The notes beneath the pieces were generated by a model. The model saw only the letters and a program-made list of their open reading frames with translations, was not told the origin of the DNA and did not search any database. Positions 22,594 through 35,069 of a stretch of DNA of 64,000 nucleotides are shown one piece after another (positions within the stretch are counted from its first letter, which is position 1; each line of letters opens with the position of its first letter). Source of the stretch: Eremomyces bilateralis CBS 781.70 (lineage: Eukaryota); the NCBI GenBank assembly GCA_010015585.1, contig ML975152.1, one strand, 5' to 3'. Position numbers and translations under genes: made by a program.

Positions 22594-23717
22594 CTAGGCG
22601 ACGGGCGATCCCATCCATCGAAAATGGTAGTCTGCTAGTGGAGGTGGAAAGTGAAACTGTCACCGATGTTGTCCGGTCGAAACCTCAGCAACGATACACA
22701 ATCAGGGACATGGGGAGAACACTCCTTTGAAGGTCCCTCACCGTCGGGTAGCATTCAGCACAGGGCCTGCGATGCTCGCTGGATATCTCATCTACCGTGC
22801 CCAGCACCTCCCGCGTCCATAAGACGGTCAATTGTAGCGACAGTTCAGTGTAGTATATATCCAGCTTATGGATAACGACATCTACTTTGTCTCGGTATCG
22901 AAAGCGTTCAGTGCGATTATCCAAACTAGGTTGCTCCCTCAATGTCGCAGACAAGGAGCCAATGCTGAAATAGTTACGCAAATCGGGCTGTTGTGGCAGC
23001 GCTGTTAGAATGGGAAAGCCTTCAATTAAAGACAGTCAGCTTAAATAGTAGATACACTGAGTACCAAGCTATGGGAACCAGACAGGCACTGGGCCTAGCG
23101 TAACTTCATTGGGGCGGAAATTTGTAGCATGAGAGGTTCATCCGGAGTGGAAGAGATGGATGGCGTTGGAGTATGTTCCCGGGCATCAACAACTAACCAT
23201 TACTTGCTTCTGGCTTTGCATATTTGATCAGGTTAGCCGATAATTCGGTTCTCCTTTTCCGTAGGCTGGAGGAGCCCGTCACAGGTCAATGATTCTCGAT
23301 ATCTTCTACTCCGGATGGGAGAGTCATCGATCAAGTGCAGAGCACTACAAACGAAGACACAGTTTCATGATGCACAGAGTTTCGAAAAGCATGCTTCAAT
23401 TGATCAGCAACGCCGACCCGCAATGCTATGGTAAAAATGCTATGCTAAGTCCCACCGGCTGGAGCCACCAGCCGGCACGGGTGTAGAGACGTGATAATCC
23501 CGCCGCCCCCTCATCCCTAGTTTTTCTCCCCCTCCCCCCTCCCCCGACAGCGCGCCATCCAGGCAGCTACGGAAGGAGAACCGACGACGACCATCACGAG
23601 TGTGCTTGACTAGCCATGATGTGTCGCGTTTCTCCGACCGCAGATGAGGAGGCGGATCCTCCTGATCACCGACCTCTTCATCACTGTCCTCCCCTCCTCG
23701 ACCCGCAGCCCCGCAGC

Positions 23718-26700
23718 CTACTCCTCGGCGCCCGCCTCGCCCTCTCTCTCCATACCCCTCTCCCTCTCCCTCTCCAGCGTCGGAGGCCCGAAGGCCTGCG
23801 GTACCTTCTCCGAAAGGTTCACCGCCACGAACGACTTCGGGAGTCTCACCCGAGAGAAGTTCGCGCGGAACGTCTCAATGACTGTCAACCAGTCAATGTG
23901 CGGAGTTAAGCTCCTCCGCGGAGCACACCCGATCGAGTGCTTCGAGTCCAGCTGGACGTCGAGGGGGGCGAAGGTGTGGCATCCCGGGCTGATCGTGATC
24001 CGGATGCTATAGTTGAAGGAGCCCACCTCCCCCCCCTCCGACGCATTCTGGCTCTCGTAGAGCTCGAAGCAGATCTGGCTCAAGTAGTCCAGTTCCGGAA
24101 TCGAGTTCCGGGAAAGCTTCGTCGGAATCCCCCCTTCAAACACGCAGTTCAGGAGCGTGTAAATGTGGCTCTCCTTCGTGAAGTAGAAGAACCCCTTGGG
24201 GTTGTCTGCCGCCTGCATATCCTCGAGATCTAGGACGATCTCCTTGAGCAATGGCAGTGACGTGAGAAGGCCGATCTCTAGCTTCTCATCGTTGGCCATG
24301 CCGTACTCCTGGGGCCCGATATAGTCAAACAGGACTTTGCACAGACGGAAGAGCTCTCGGAGTTTTACTAGGCGTGCATCCGGTTTGGACTTCGAGTTCC
24401 CAGACCCTCGGTCGAGATTGAAATAGGACACAGGGTTGACGAGCGGCTTCGCGGGCGTGGACATGGCCTCTGACCTGCGACGGAAGTTCAAGCGCTGAGC
24501 GAGGTTGGATCGTGCGCTGCTCGCACTGCTCTCAAGCTTGCCGGTTTCCTTGTCGCTGTTCCGCTCTGACATCCCTAAGGACGAGGCGGAATCTTTGTCT
24601 TTGGACTCGGAAAGCTTCCTTACCGGCGGCGCGGGCCTCTTCTGGAACTCGATTTTGCGGTCCTGACCCTGCAGCTCATCCATCGTGTCGACCATCGCAA
24701 AGCTACTGGTAGCCATCTCCTCTGCCAAGACCTCTTCGTCCGGCCGGAAAGCCCACTCAAGGAACGCGCGGTTATGCAGAGCGTCGAACTTCATGGTGTC
24801 GTAAAGCTCACTGATCTTGCTGGGGTCGACTTTGTCGCCGTCGCAGAACTCCGCAAACAGCTTCTCCCAACGCTCACGAAAGAGCGCCGCATCCTCGCCA
24901 CAGCACCAACGGGCCTGGATGGTCTCAGGATTGACGGTGCGCTGAGCCGCAGTGCAGGGTGCACTTGCGGTCGTGCCGGCATCCGTGGAACTAGTGTCTT
25001 GTGGATGCACGAGGGCGGGCGTGGAACGGGGCCCTGAAGACTGGAGCGTCGCGTAGTTATGACGCATAACGTCTCGGTGGAACTGCATGAGTTGGACGAC
25101 GTCGCGGACGACGACGGAAGGTTCGGCGAAGTTGTCCGGCCAAGCGAATTCTTCGATTGCTTTATCGCCTTCACGCAGGAGAACCTTGAGTGTTTTCTTC
25201 ACTTTGTCCATCTCATCCTTCGCGGCGTTGGAGTCATCGAGGAGATGCTTGCGGACTTGGACGAAGTCCTTGGAAAGCTTTTCCTCAGCGAGGAAGGCGG
25301 ACGAGAAGATCTGCGCGGAAGTGGTAACGCGGCGTTCGGAAGAGGAGAACACTGAGACATCGTCGAAGATGTTCTTGTTGAGGAGCAATAGGTCATTTCG
25401 AAGGTTCTCACCTAGATCCTGTGCTTGATAACGAGCAGAGTGGGTAGGTTCACCGCCCCACTTGATGACCAGCTGGAGTTTGTCGAATTCCATGTTGTTC
25501 TCTGCAGCCGCAATTCGGGAAAAGGTGATGCCTGTATTGGAATCGCTGCGACGAAGGGGCTGCTGCTCGCCCTGTGCTGCAAGGTCAGAGATTGCCTCTT
25601 CCTTGAGCAACTCAACAGTAGAGCCGGTAGGCGGGGCAGCTTTGGCGCTATCCTTTGGGGCCTTCTTTTCGCGGAACATGGGCTTGATCTGGACCTTCGT
25701 TCCCGTCCAGCCACCCTTCTTGATCAAACTCGTCCTCAGCAACGTCAGCTTCTCTGTATCTTCGATCCCTTCCTGGAATGCGAGCTGAACAGCATCCAAG
25801 ACACTGCTTAACGCCTGTTCGCCGATGAGCAGGACTTCTTCCTGATGACCCTTAAGGAGATCGACGAACGGCTTCGTGTGGAAAGTGAACTTGAACTTTT
25901 GTTTCGGAGTACGGTCAGCGTGTCGAACGACGCTGACGATTCCCTTTAGTTTCCATTGTGCTTTGGACGCAGGCGGCGGAATTGGTGCTTCGACTGGCTC
26001 TTTTGGCTCAGTGCTGCTAGGAGTCGAATCAGCGACAGTAACTCGTTCTTTCTTGAGATCGGCAGTGGATGTTTCCAATGCCGCAGGAGGTGGTAAGCCA
26101 ATGGGCGGAATTCCTTGATTGCGCTCCATGCTGGATGATGCCTTGATAGGAGAGGCGGGCGTAGACGCATCCGACGTAGCATGATCAGCGGCGTGATGAT
26201 GCCCAGGAAAGTGACCATGATGATCAGTCATCTTCGACATGCTCGGGCTTTTGAAGATTGACTTCAGTGCAGCGCGATGCGAGCCAGGTGCACCTCCGGT
26301 GATCTTGCGCTGGTGAGCTCGTTCCGGGGCCTTGTCCTTTCCTCCTTGCTGATCTTCGATCTCGAGCTGATGGGCGGGACTATCTTTCTTCATTTTCTCG
26401 CGGATGAAGATCTGTCGGAGGATGCCGGCGCAACGATCATAATAATCATTATTGTCCTTGACAAAGCTCCAGCCGTTCACATCGATGACGTAACTGCTTC
26501 CGTTCGCTCGAAGCAAGTCGAATCCGCAGACACGCTGCCCAAAGGCCTCAGAGATCTTGGTTGCGATGGTCTGTTCTTCTTTGGTCAAGTTCGTGACGTA
26601 ACGGATCTCCTTGCCCATGGGGTTGCGACGGACGTGGCCGTCAACCACAGGACTCTTTCTGGTCTCGGCGTGGCAAAATTCGGAGCCGACGGTATACAGC

Positions 26701-28410
26701 TTGATATCTTCCGCGCCCTCCGCTTGGAGGAACTGCTCGTAGACATAACTGGTCGACTGGTTGGAGATGCATCGTGGAACGTTCAAGGTGTCGTCATGCT
26801 CGGAGCTTTTGTTGTTCACTTTGCGGAATAGGCGTCGGCCACCACCACCATGGTAGTAGATGCGGATGTTATGATCCTCTCCGCTGACGGGCTTCTCGAC
26901 AAACGGCTTGTGAATCGTCTTTCCATCAACAAACAGAACGTTGCCATCATCCATCATCTCAACCTTCTTCGGCGGGTCGATCTTGCCGCCGGTTCCGTCG
27001 TCGGGACCTTCCAGCTTCAGGCCAGTCCGCTCTCGGAGAGTTTTCGCCAACTTAGCACTGGGAAGCGTCGGGCCTCCATCGCGATTGACCTCGATACGCT
27101 TCGGCGTCGGGACTTGCATGGTGTCAAGGATCCTCAAGCAGGTGCGTCGATCCCAGAGGACCATCTGCATCGGCAAGTCATTGACACAAAATGGTTTCCT
27201 CAGCTCGGCATAGCGAATGGCCTTCTCAAGTGGAAAGCCGGCGCTGAAGAAGCTAATGAGAAAGTCGCACACCGGCCAATTCTCAACGTCCTCGTCGAGG
27301 ATCACTTTGTCTCCGAATATGATGACGTCGAACTCTCCAGCGGCAATGAGCTTGTTCAGGATGTTGCGAGACGGCTTGGATCGCGCCTTGCTGTCGAGCG
27401 CACACACTCCAATAATGCCGTACGGAGCTTTCTTCATTGGGTTGTCCGCACGGCCACGGTCGCTGCCGGGGGATGCGGAGTTGCCGGGCGCAGAGACGCG
27501 GCGGGCGTTGCGGTGACGGGATCGGGAGCGAGCCCCAGTGCTGCGGGCGCTGGGGGGAGACGTGGACGTATGAGAAGAGGGGCCTAGATCAGCTAGGGAA
27601 TAAGGAATGCCCATGGCGGACGAGGATGAGTGATGTGTTTGGTCTTTATTGGTGAGAAGACGCGGGGAGGTGCTAGGATTGCTAGGGTTGCTGATGTTGC
27701 AAGTGCGATCAGGTTGAGAGGAGGTGGTGATAGACACGGAAGAACCAGTGGTAGGGATTCCGTGCTGATCAGAGCGAAATGGAGCTGTTGATATGTTCAG
27801 TTTCCGTTGTTTGAATGTTTGAAATGAAAACGCTTGGAAGCAATTAAGAAGTCTTGAGGATCGGCGACTTTCACTTACCATCGATTTCACTTCCGGCAAC
27901 TGAGCTCGCCGCACTCGCACCTGCAACCATCGTGTGCTTCGCATTATGGATCATCGACTGCCCCAAACTGTACAAACTGGAGAACGACATGCGATTAGAG
28001 TCCGCATCTCCTCTTCCTTGTTTTCCCATGATCGCTGAGTCCGATAGGGCACTTGAACTCATATCAGTGCTTTTCTTCCCGTGACCAGGCGACGTCAAGG
28101 CACTTTTTCCGACGTTGGCTGGAGCATTCGCAACGGTAATTGATCCGCTAGTGTCTCCCAGTCCACCACTGACCTCATCGCCCGATCTACCCGCACCGCT
28201 GCAAACTGAACGCACGCTCGAGCCCGTAGAAGGCGGCATGCTGCTGCTCACTCGCTCGATGTCGCCGTCGTCAGTGGACTTGCCAGTGGAACGGCCTTTG
28301 CGGGAGTTAGCGGGACTTGGGGCGGATGATGGGTCTCCAGTAGGAGACTGAGGCGGGGTGGGAACGGAACGGGTGTCCGGCTGGGACTCCTCTGCCATGA
28401 GAGGGGTCAT
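23718..28410 (-). CDS. VIP1: Inositol hexakisphosphate/diphosphoinositol-pentakisphosphate kinase (Vip1/Asp1, PPIP5K); intron 27785-27878
   Basis: IGVCALDSKARSKP, CDFLISFFSAGFPL, KPFVEKPVSGEDHNI, HAETRKSPVVDG and SYVIDVNGWSFVK (ATP-grasp kinase). RHADRTPKQK and FYFTKESH (histidine-phosphatase domain). First exon MTPLMAEESQ...EIDG splices in frame. Confidence 0.96.
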
Positions 28411-30947
28411 TGGTAGTGAGTTTGTTGCTCTCTCTTGTTTGACTGATGAAGAAAGAGTCCGCGCTTCGAGTCGAGTGTGATAAGAAAAGTGTAAACGAGG
28501 AAAAGATTCACTTGTTGTGGGATGATTGACTTTTAACAGGTAACAGTCTCGGCGATAGTGGAAAGAGCGAGGTCTTCCGGTCGATTCTATGCGAGATAGA
28601 CTGTTCCGGAATCGATTGACACGCTCGTTGTCGATACCTATTGCAATGCCTATTGCAATACCTATTTCGATGCCTGATGTTTGCTCGGGGATGGACTTCA
28701 CTGTGAAGGGAAGTTCAAGGCTGCGCTTTAGCAACGCAGAGGCGCCGTCGAGTCGTCAAATAGGTACGGTAGGCAGGAATGAGGATCCCTATGCGATCTA
28801 GGTCGCTCAGGTTAGCTTCCGGATGGGGCAATCGACGCAGCAAAGGTGCGAGACGATGAGCGAGACTTACTGCATGTGGGTGCTGATTTGTTCGCATAGA
28901 TAGGTGTTCGTGTGAGAAAAGTCACTTGCGAGGAAGAGAAAGAAGATGATCACCTCGTCGCGAATTCGGCGCATGCGGCGTCCCGGAACGGGGTCCCCTC
29001 GATGGTCCTCCCCCCAAGGTACTCTCAATCGGCTCCTATCCACACAATCAAGAGCAAAGCAAGTCGTAATCCATTATCCGCAATCCGCACTGCAAAGGGG
29101 TTCGAGGTGATGTTCGGTCGACGTTGTCCAGGTGGTCTGGGTTTCCAGTGGGACCGATGTCCGACAGGTACCCCTCCTGCGCGGTTCCCAGAAAATTTCC
29201 ATGTCTCCACTTGCTGCACCGCATCTAGCGTTCTAGACACGGATGATCTCATCTTGCTCACTAGCGGCGCGGGAGATGCGGCCTATCAGATGGCGGAGCG
29301 CGGAAAAGGAGGAACGATGGATTTGGGGCAGCTCGGACAACGAGTCGGGATACACGCGGATTTAATTTCATGGTTTGTGAACGGATGATTGATGATTATA
29401 AAGAGTTAAAGACGCTTGGGACATCATGATTGCTTATTCGTTCTAGTTATTTGGGGGTGTTTGTACCGCGTGGGGAGAGTAGGGTTCTGCATGTCTGCAT
29501 CCAGATAGATTAATCCCAGTCAGGGGCAGGCGGTCAACGCACCAGGGATCGCGGACACAAAATATACGATCACGGAGATGCAGGGCAAATATACAATGGT
29601 AACCATTGGACACATGGAGATGTAGTGCAACGTGACCCAGGACTGCAGGTTGGTCCATTGTTACATTCCAGACGGGACAAAGGGACGGCATACGGTACAT
29701 TGATAATGCAGTGCAAATCAATACACTGCAAATATTATACAGCAGCACTGGAAGCTAGTGAAGAATAGCATGGGTGGCATCCTTTGCCCGATGAAGTTAT
29801 CATCTCATCTCGATGAAATAAACAATGGGAAATGGTGAGTACAAATACTCCGCTCTTGATCAGGCCATCGATACTGCCAGCGGAACGGGCACAGCAGTGG
29901 TCGCGATGCCGTGGCCTGTACGTGGGTATATTTCATCCTCCGACTGCATCCTTCATCCATATCTGCGCCGTCTCCACGAAAGCGACCTCATCGACATCAT
30001 GAGTACATATACTCTACGGCGTCCAGGCATTAGAGTATCGATACTATTCCTTTCCGTATATCGATCCACCCCACCGCGCCAGACAACAACGAATCGACGG
30101 GCGCTCAGAATCATAATATACAGCCTAATCTATGGGAGGGGAGATACAGCACAGATGGAATGGAGTATGTACTCCCTCCTCCCCTCCCCCCTCGTAGGAT
30201 GTAACGCCTTGGGAATCCCCGGCGTCGTGTAGCAAGAAGAGCGATGAGACGCCATGTTGCGTGTGCAGCGCCCTAGCTGATGCCTCGGAAAAGTGGCTGT
30301 GCTGAGGGTGCTGTTTTATCGAGATATAGGGACTCTTCTCTTTAGCTAGATCGCCTCTGTATCTAGATTTTATAGAAGGGACCCATGTCTCTGCTTGGGA
30401 AATAAATAAAACACAACTCGTAGACAGAATGCATGGCTTGATGCTGCGTATCTCTAGCACGGCACGCGGGGCTCAACATCAGCAGGCATTGCAGGATAAA
30501 AAGGATGCTCCATAGAAACAACCCATCCGCCCAGAAACCACATCATCTCCAACAGAAACCTCAATTAGCACCACGAGTACAAGTACAGAATAGAGTTGAG
30601 GTATTAGAGTATAGATACCATTCCCACAGTCCATCCACCACCCCACCGCCTCACAGCGATGGCCGACAGACCTCATAATCATAATACATGGCCCAGCGCT
30701 GCTTTAAGGACAGCACTCGGGACTCAACATAACGATGCAATGCAGTGTAAAGATGAATATGCTCCACGAAAACCCACGCCGGAACCCAATGCCACGGACA
30801 GAAACCAATCCAAAAACGCCAATCGACTCCGAAGATAGAATCTATGCCCATCCATCCGTACCGTAACCATGCATGCAAGCACCGATCAATGCGCTCATAT
30901 CCATCCATCCAACCCCAACCCCAATCAATGCAACGCCGATGCAAAAC

Positions 30948-33900
30948 CTACGCCGCTGCCGACCACCGCCCCTGCTTCTCCTCACCCGCCAACCATTCCA
31001 ACACGCTCTCATAGCACAGCACATACTGCCGCAAACTCTGCACCATCGACAGCCGCTGCAGCCGGAACTCCTCGACCGTCGATTCGATGAGGTCGACCGA
31101 CGGGTCCGTGGCGGACTTCCCCGTCCCTTCCTGTGCTGGTTCCTTCCCCACGACGTCAATATCCATCGGCGTGCCTTCCCTCTGGTTTCCACCAGCACCA
31201 CTCACATCGTGCACGTGGTTGACTTGACCATGGTGACCCTGACTGCTCCGCTTCTCCTGCCTCTCCGCCAAGCGCTTCCGACGCGCCAGCGCCCGCTGCC
31301 GCTTCAGCCGGTCAATGACGCTATCCACCGTGCAGAATGTCCCCGTGCGGCCGCAGCCAGCCGAGCAATGCACCAGTACGGGCCGCAGGACTCCATTGGC
31401 GTCCTCGCCATCGTCGATATCGTCATCATCAACTATATCGGCACTGGTCTCCGCTCCGGTAGATTCGGAAGCCAACGACCCAACGTCCTTGTTGGGCGGA
31501 GTGGCATCGTTCCCTAAGCTAGTCATCCGCTTCGCCAGTGTCGGCGAGAACCCGCCTTCGCTCGCCCGGACCACGGCGTCGCATTGCGAGACGAGGCCGA
31601 GGAGGTGCGCGGGGTGCGCGGGTGCACCGAAGTCCGGCCAGTGGTCGTATTGCAACTGCGTGATTTCGCGGAGAGGGGCGAATGGGTCGGCAGCGTTCCG
31701 CAGCGTGAAGTGGCGGACGGTGACGTATGGTTGCGGGGTGTTTGGAGCGGTTTGGTGGGCATAGGGGATGTCGATTATGGGGGTGGATTTGGGGGTGGAT
31801 TTGGGGGTGGTGGTAGAGGGGGTCTTGGGGAGTGTGGGACGGGGTGCGGAGTTGGAGGGGCGGCCGTGCCGGTGGATCTTGGAGGGCTCGAGGGAGGCGC
31901 GGTGTTCGGAGAGGAACGTGAGTGTAAGGTGGTCGTAGGTGCCGGAGGTCCAATAGTTGTGGGCTCTGACTTGGCCGCCTTCAGCCTCGGCGGTGAGCAT
32001 GACGAGGACGTGGACATCTTGTTGCCAGACGACGTTCCAGAAATCCTGTGTGGGCGGTCAGTTCCTGCTGGAACGAAGAAGACAGAAAAAAGGAACGTAC
32101 GTTAAAAGTCGCCGGAATTGGCCCCTGTGTCGCAATATATCGCTTCTGCGATATCGACGTCGTGATATGATTCGCGTTGATGTAATCACAGCCACCGTTC
32201 GGTACGCCTTGCAGCCTGACCCGAGAATGCTCGAACGGCCAGATATTATTATACCGATTCTTCGCCCCCTTCTCGATTCCCGCAATCTGCACGTTGCGCC
32301 CCCGAGGCGCCTGTATATACCCGTTCCTCTCGCCCTGGGGACTCGCGGTTCGTGGCCCAGGTGTGCCACCGCTATACCGCACATTTCCTGAGAGAGCTTC
32401 CTGCATGCGCTTTTGCTCGCGCTTCTCAATATGTAGGAACTTATCGGCGACGCGTTTCCCGTTATCGTTCATGTCAGCCGCGGCCCGGATCCACTCCGGA
32501 AGATGTGATTCGGCATCGCTCGTTAGCGAGTTGGGATGTCGAATCGGCATTTGGCCGACCCCTCCAAGGAGGTCCATGTTTTGTCTGATGTTGCCGAAGA
32601 ACGGGTTCGCCGTGGACTTGGTCGTTGGCATCGGGCAGCGACCGATGACCGGGGCGGTGGGAGGTGATGCGCTCGTGGATCGAGTAGTACTTTTGTCAAC
32701 ATCCAGGCTGACCAAGTTGGGGAACTTCTTGGCGAAGTCGGCGAATCCGCCGCGGATGATGTATGCAAATCCATTATAACCTTCGGTGACAAATTTCTTT
32801 AACGTAAAAATGCAGGTATTCGCATCCTTGAGGACGGAAGAATTAGCATCATAGGCGATGATATATTTGCTGTTGCGCCAGCGTCCAAATTTGCCCCGTT
32901 GCTCCTCGTCTTTAAGCGTCTCTTCCAGCTTCCGAACATTAAACGCCGGCCGCCTCAGCAGCGTTGTGGGACAACTGAGGTTCAAGGCACCCTGGATCCG
33001 CGAACGTGAATACTGGCTTGACACGCGCAGATCTAGAAGCAGAATATCTTCATTCGATGCTTCGAGTAGGTTCACCACATACTGTGGGGTGACCAGCACC
33101 GGCTCGACCTCCGCGACATGGTTCTTTCCTTTCCATTCGGCATTGGTTTCGTCAAAAGTTGGTGGCAAAGTTTCGGCGCGGCCAGAACTCTGGATTGGCT
33201 TCCGGCCACTTGATGGCAACGATAGCCTTGTTTCTCGATCCTCCGGTGAAGCAAACTTTACCTCCGCGTCTGAATCGGAGCGCCTTTCTCTCCCCACGAA
33301 ACTTGCTGGGGATTCTCTTCTGGGTCGATCGGTGATTGCGACGGTGGGAGATGACAGCAGTCTTTTGGGGGATCGTTGGTGGGCACCTTCAATCCTCTCT
33401 GTGCTAGAGGCCTGGATCGTCGGAACCGTGCTCGATCCGGGTTTTATAAATGTGGCCGCCATGGCAGTTGATGATGGTGCTGCCGTCCTCGGTGAATTAG
33501 CCTTGTCGTTCGCATTACTTCCGCTACCCGTGCTATCGAGCTCTGCTCGTCGGGTTTGGTTCATGGTGAAGTTTGCCATCTGTGGCATCGTGAATACATG
33601 GCGCTCTGATTGTCTCCTGAACAGTTCGAACTCCGCATTCTGATCGGCGGGAATAATCTGCGGTGAGGCAGCAGCCACGGAACGGACCTGCGATGTCGGC
33701 TGGTCGAAGTTGGAGCACGCATGGGGAGCAACAGTGGATGAGAAACTCTCTTTGTCTGGGAAGACAGCCAGTCCAAAGTAATTGGGGCTCGGCGGTCCGG
33801 CATCCTGTTGTTTGGTTGTAGGGGTTCGAGTGCGTGGAGATAACTTGGGCGCATACGGAGTCACGCCAGTCATCGCAAAATAACACGGCGTCCGTGCAGG

Positions 33901-34038
33901 AGATGATCGAGGGACGGGAGAAGATCGAGGGATTCGTGTGTTTGTGTGAGGATGCGAAGAATGGCCATTTGGATGGTGGACGGTCTCCCATCTGGGAGAC
34001 TCGAGAGGAGATGGAAGGGGAGATGCGGTCGTCGTCAT
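30948..34038 (-). CDS. Protein tyrosine phosphatase with rhodanese domain (Ptp2/Ptp3/Pyp1-like MAPK phosphatase); intron 32046-32100
   Basis: LLLDLRVSSQYSRSRIQGALNL rhodanese domain, KNRYNNIWPFEHSRV, DYINAN, YIATQGPIPATFN|DFWNVVWQQ, WPDFG loop, VHCSAGCGRTG active site, QRLSMVQSLRQY. Confidence 0.96.
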
Positions 34039-35040
34039 AATGTGGCTGTGGCTCGTGTTCCTTCTTGATATCCAACCTAAACCACTCGAGGATCCATTCT
34101 CTATGTCGGGAAATGGCAGACGAAGACGTGTTTTATGAGTATGGGTCACCTGGCAACGGCATTAAGGCGAAAAACGTGGTAGACGGTTGAGGTGCAAATG
34201 ACGGTCGGTATGATGTATTGCAACAGTGGCGGCGACGCTGATTGGTACAACCGCAGGGAACCACAGTTAGATTCGACTTTGAGGGACCTGTGACAGAAGA
34301 ACTGGAGATTGAGGCACAGGTACCGAGGACGTTCAGACGGTAGATGGTGATAGAGGGATGAGAGGCGAAGGTTAGGGACAGTTGGTAGTGCTGAAGTACG
34401 ATGTTGGGGGATGTATCAATGCAATTGGAGAGATGAGTCGGGAAAACAGGCACCAGTAGTGACGGCACTGATGATTCCCCCTCGCCGTTTACAGGGCGAG
34501 TACAAAATAGAACTGGAGGAAATGCAGTGCGGGAATTCGGTAGGGTTGATCAGTTACCAAGTAATTAGAGAATTGGAGAGGAAGAATGGTCGATTAAGCG
34601 GATAAGAGGATGGTGAAATTGCGATTGGGCCTCCACAACCAGCGATACATCGGGGGAAGATCACCAGGAAGTTCTGGAGCCGGCGAAAAATGAGAGGAGC
34701 GTGAGCACGAGAGAGGCGGGAGCCGTGAAAGATCAGATGGATCAGCAGGGAGGCGAAAGGGATGACAGTGTGGGAAATGGCGATATAAAGTTGGAATGGC
34801 CGAACCGCCACCGCCGAAGTGGGCGAACAAAGGCGATGCGATACAACGCGACAGGAAGACAGGTCTGGACTCTGAAGTGAGCAGACGGGTGAAGTTGCGA
34901 AAATGCGAATTGCGAAGATACCAAAATGCGAAAATGGCGAAGTTGCAAAGATACGAGCAACCGGGGGGGAAGCGAGGAAGGAAGTCACGAAAAAGGGTTG
35001 AGGTCTTGAGGAGCTGCAGGGGGCGCAGGGGCCTTTTCGG

Positions 35041-35069
35041 TGTCAATTCCCTGTCAATTCCCTGTCAAT
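35041..35069. repeat. Tandem 11-bp repeat (TGTCAATTCCC) x~2.6 upstream of the phosphatase gene
   Basis: Seen directly. A further CCCTGTCAATCC occurs near 35391. Confidence 0.75.

Noticed and set aside
23129..23486. Possible small spliced ORF (ATG near 23129, GTATGT...CGTAG intron) downstream of the Bem4-like gene
   Set aside because: The product has no recognisable features and the putative intron lacks a well-placed branch site.
29825..30232. 135-aa ATG-initiated ORF between VIP1 and the PTP gene
   Set aside because: No motif and no host-like codon bias; likely a chance ORF.
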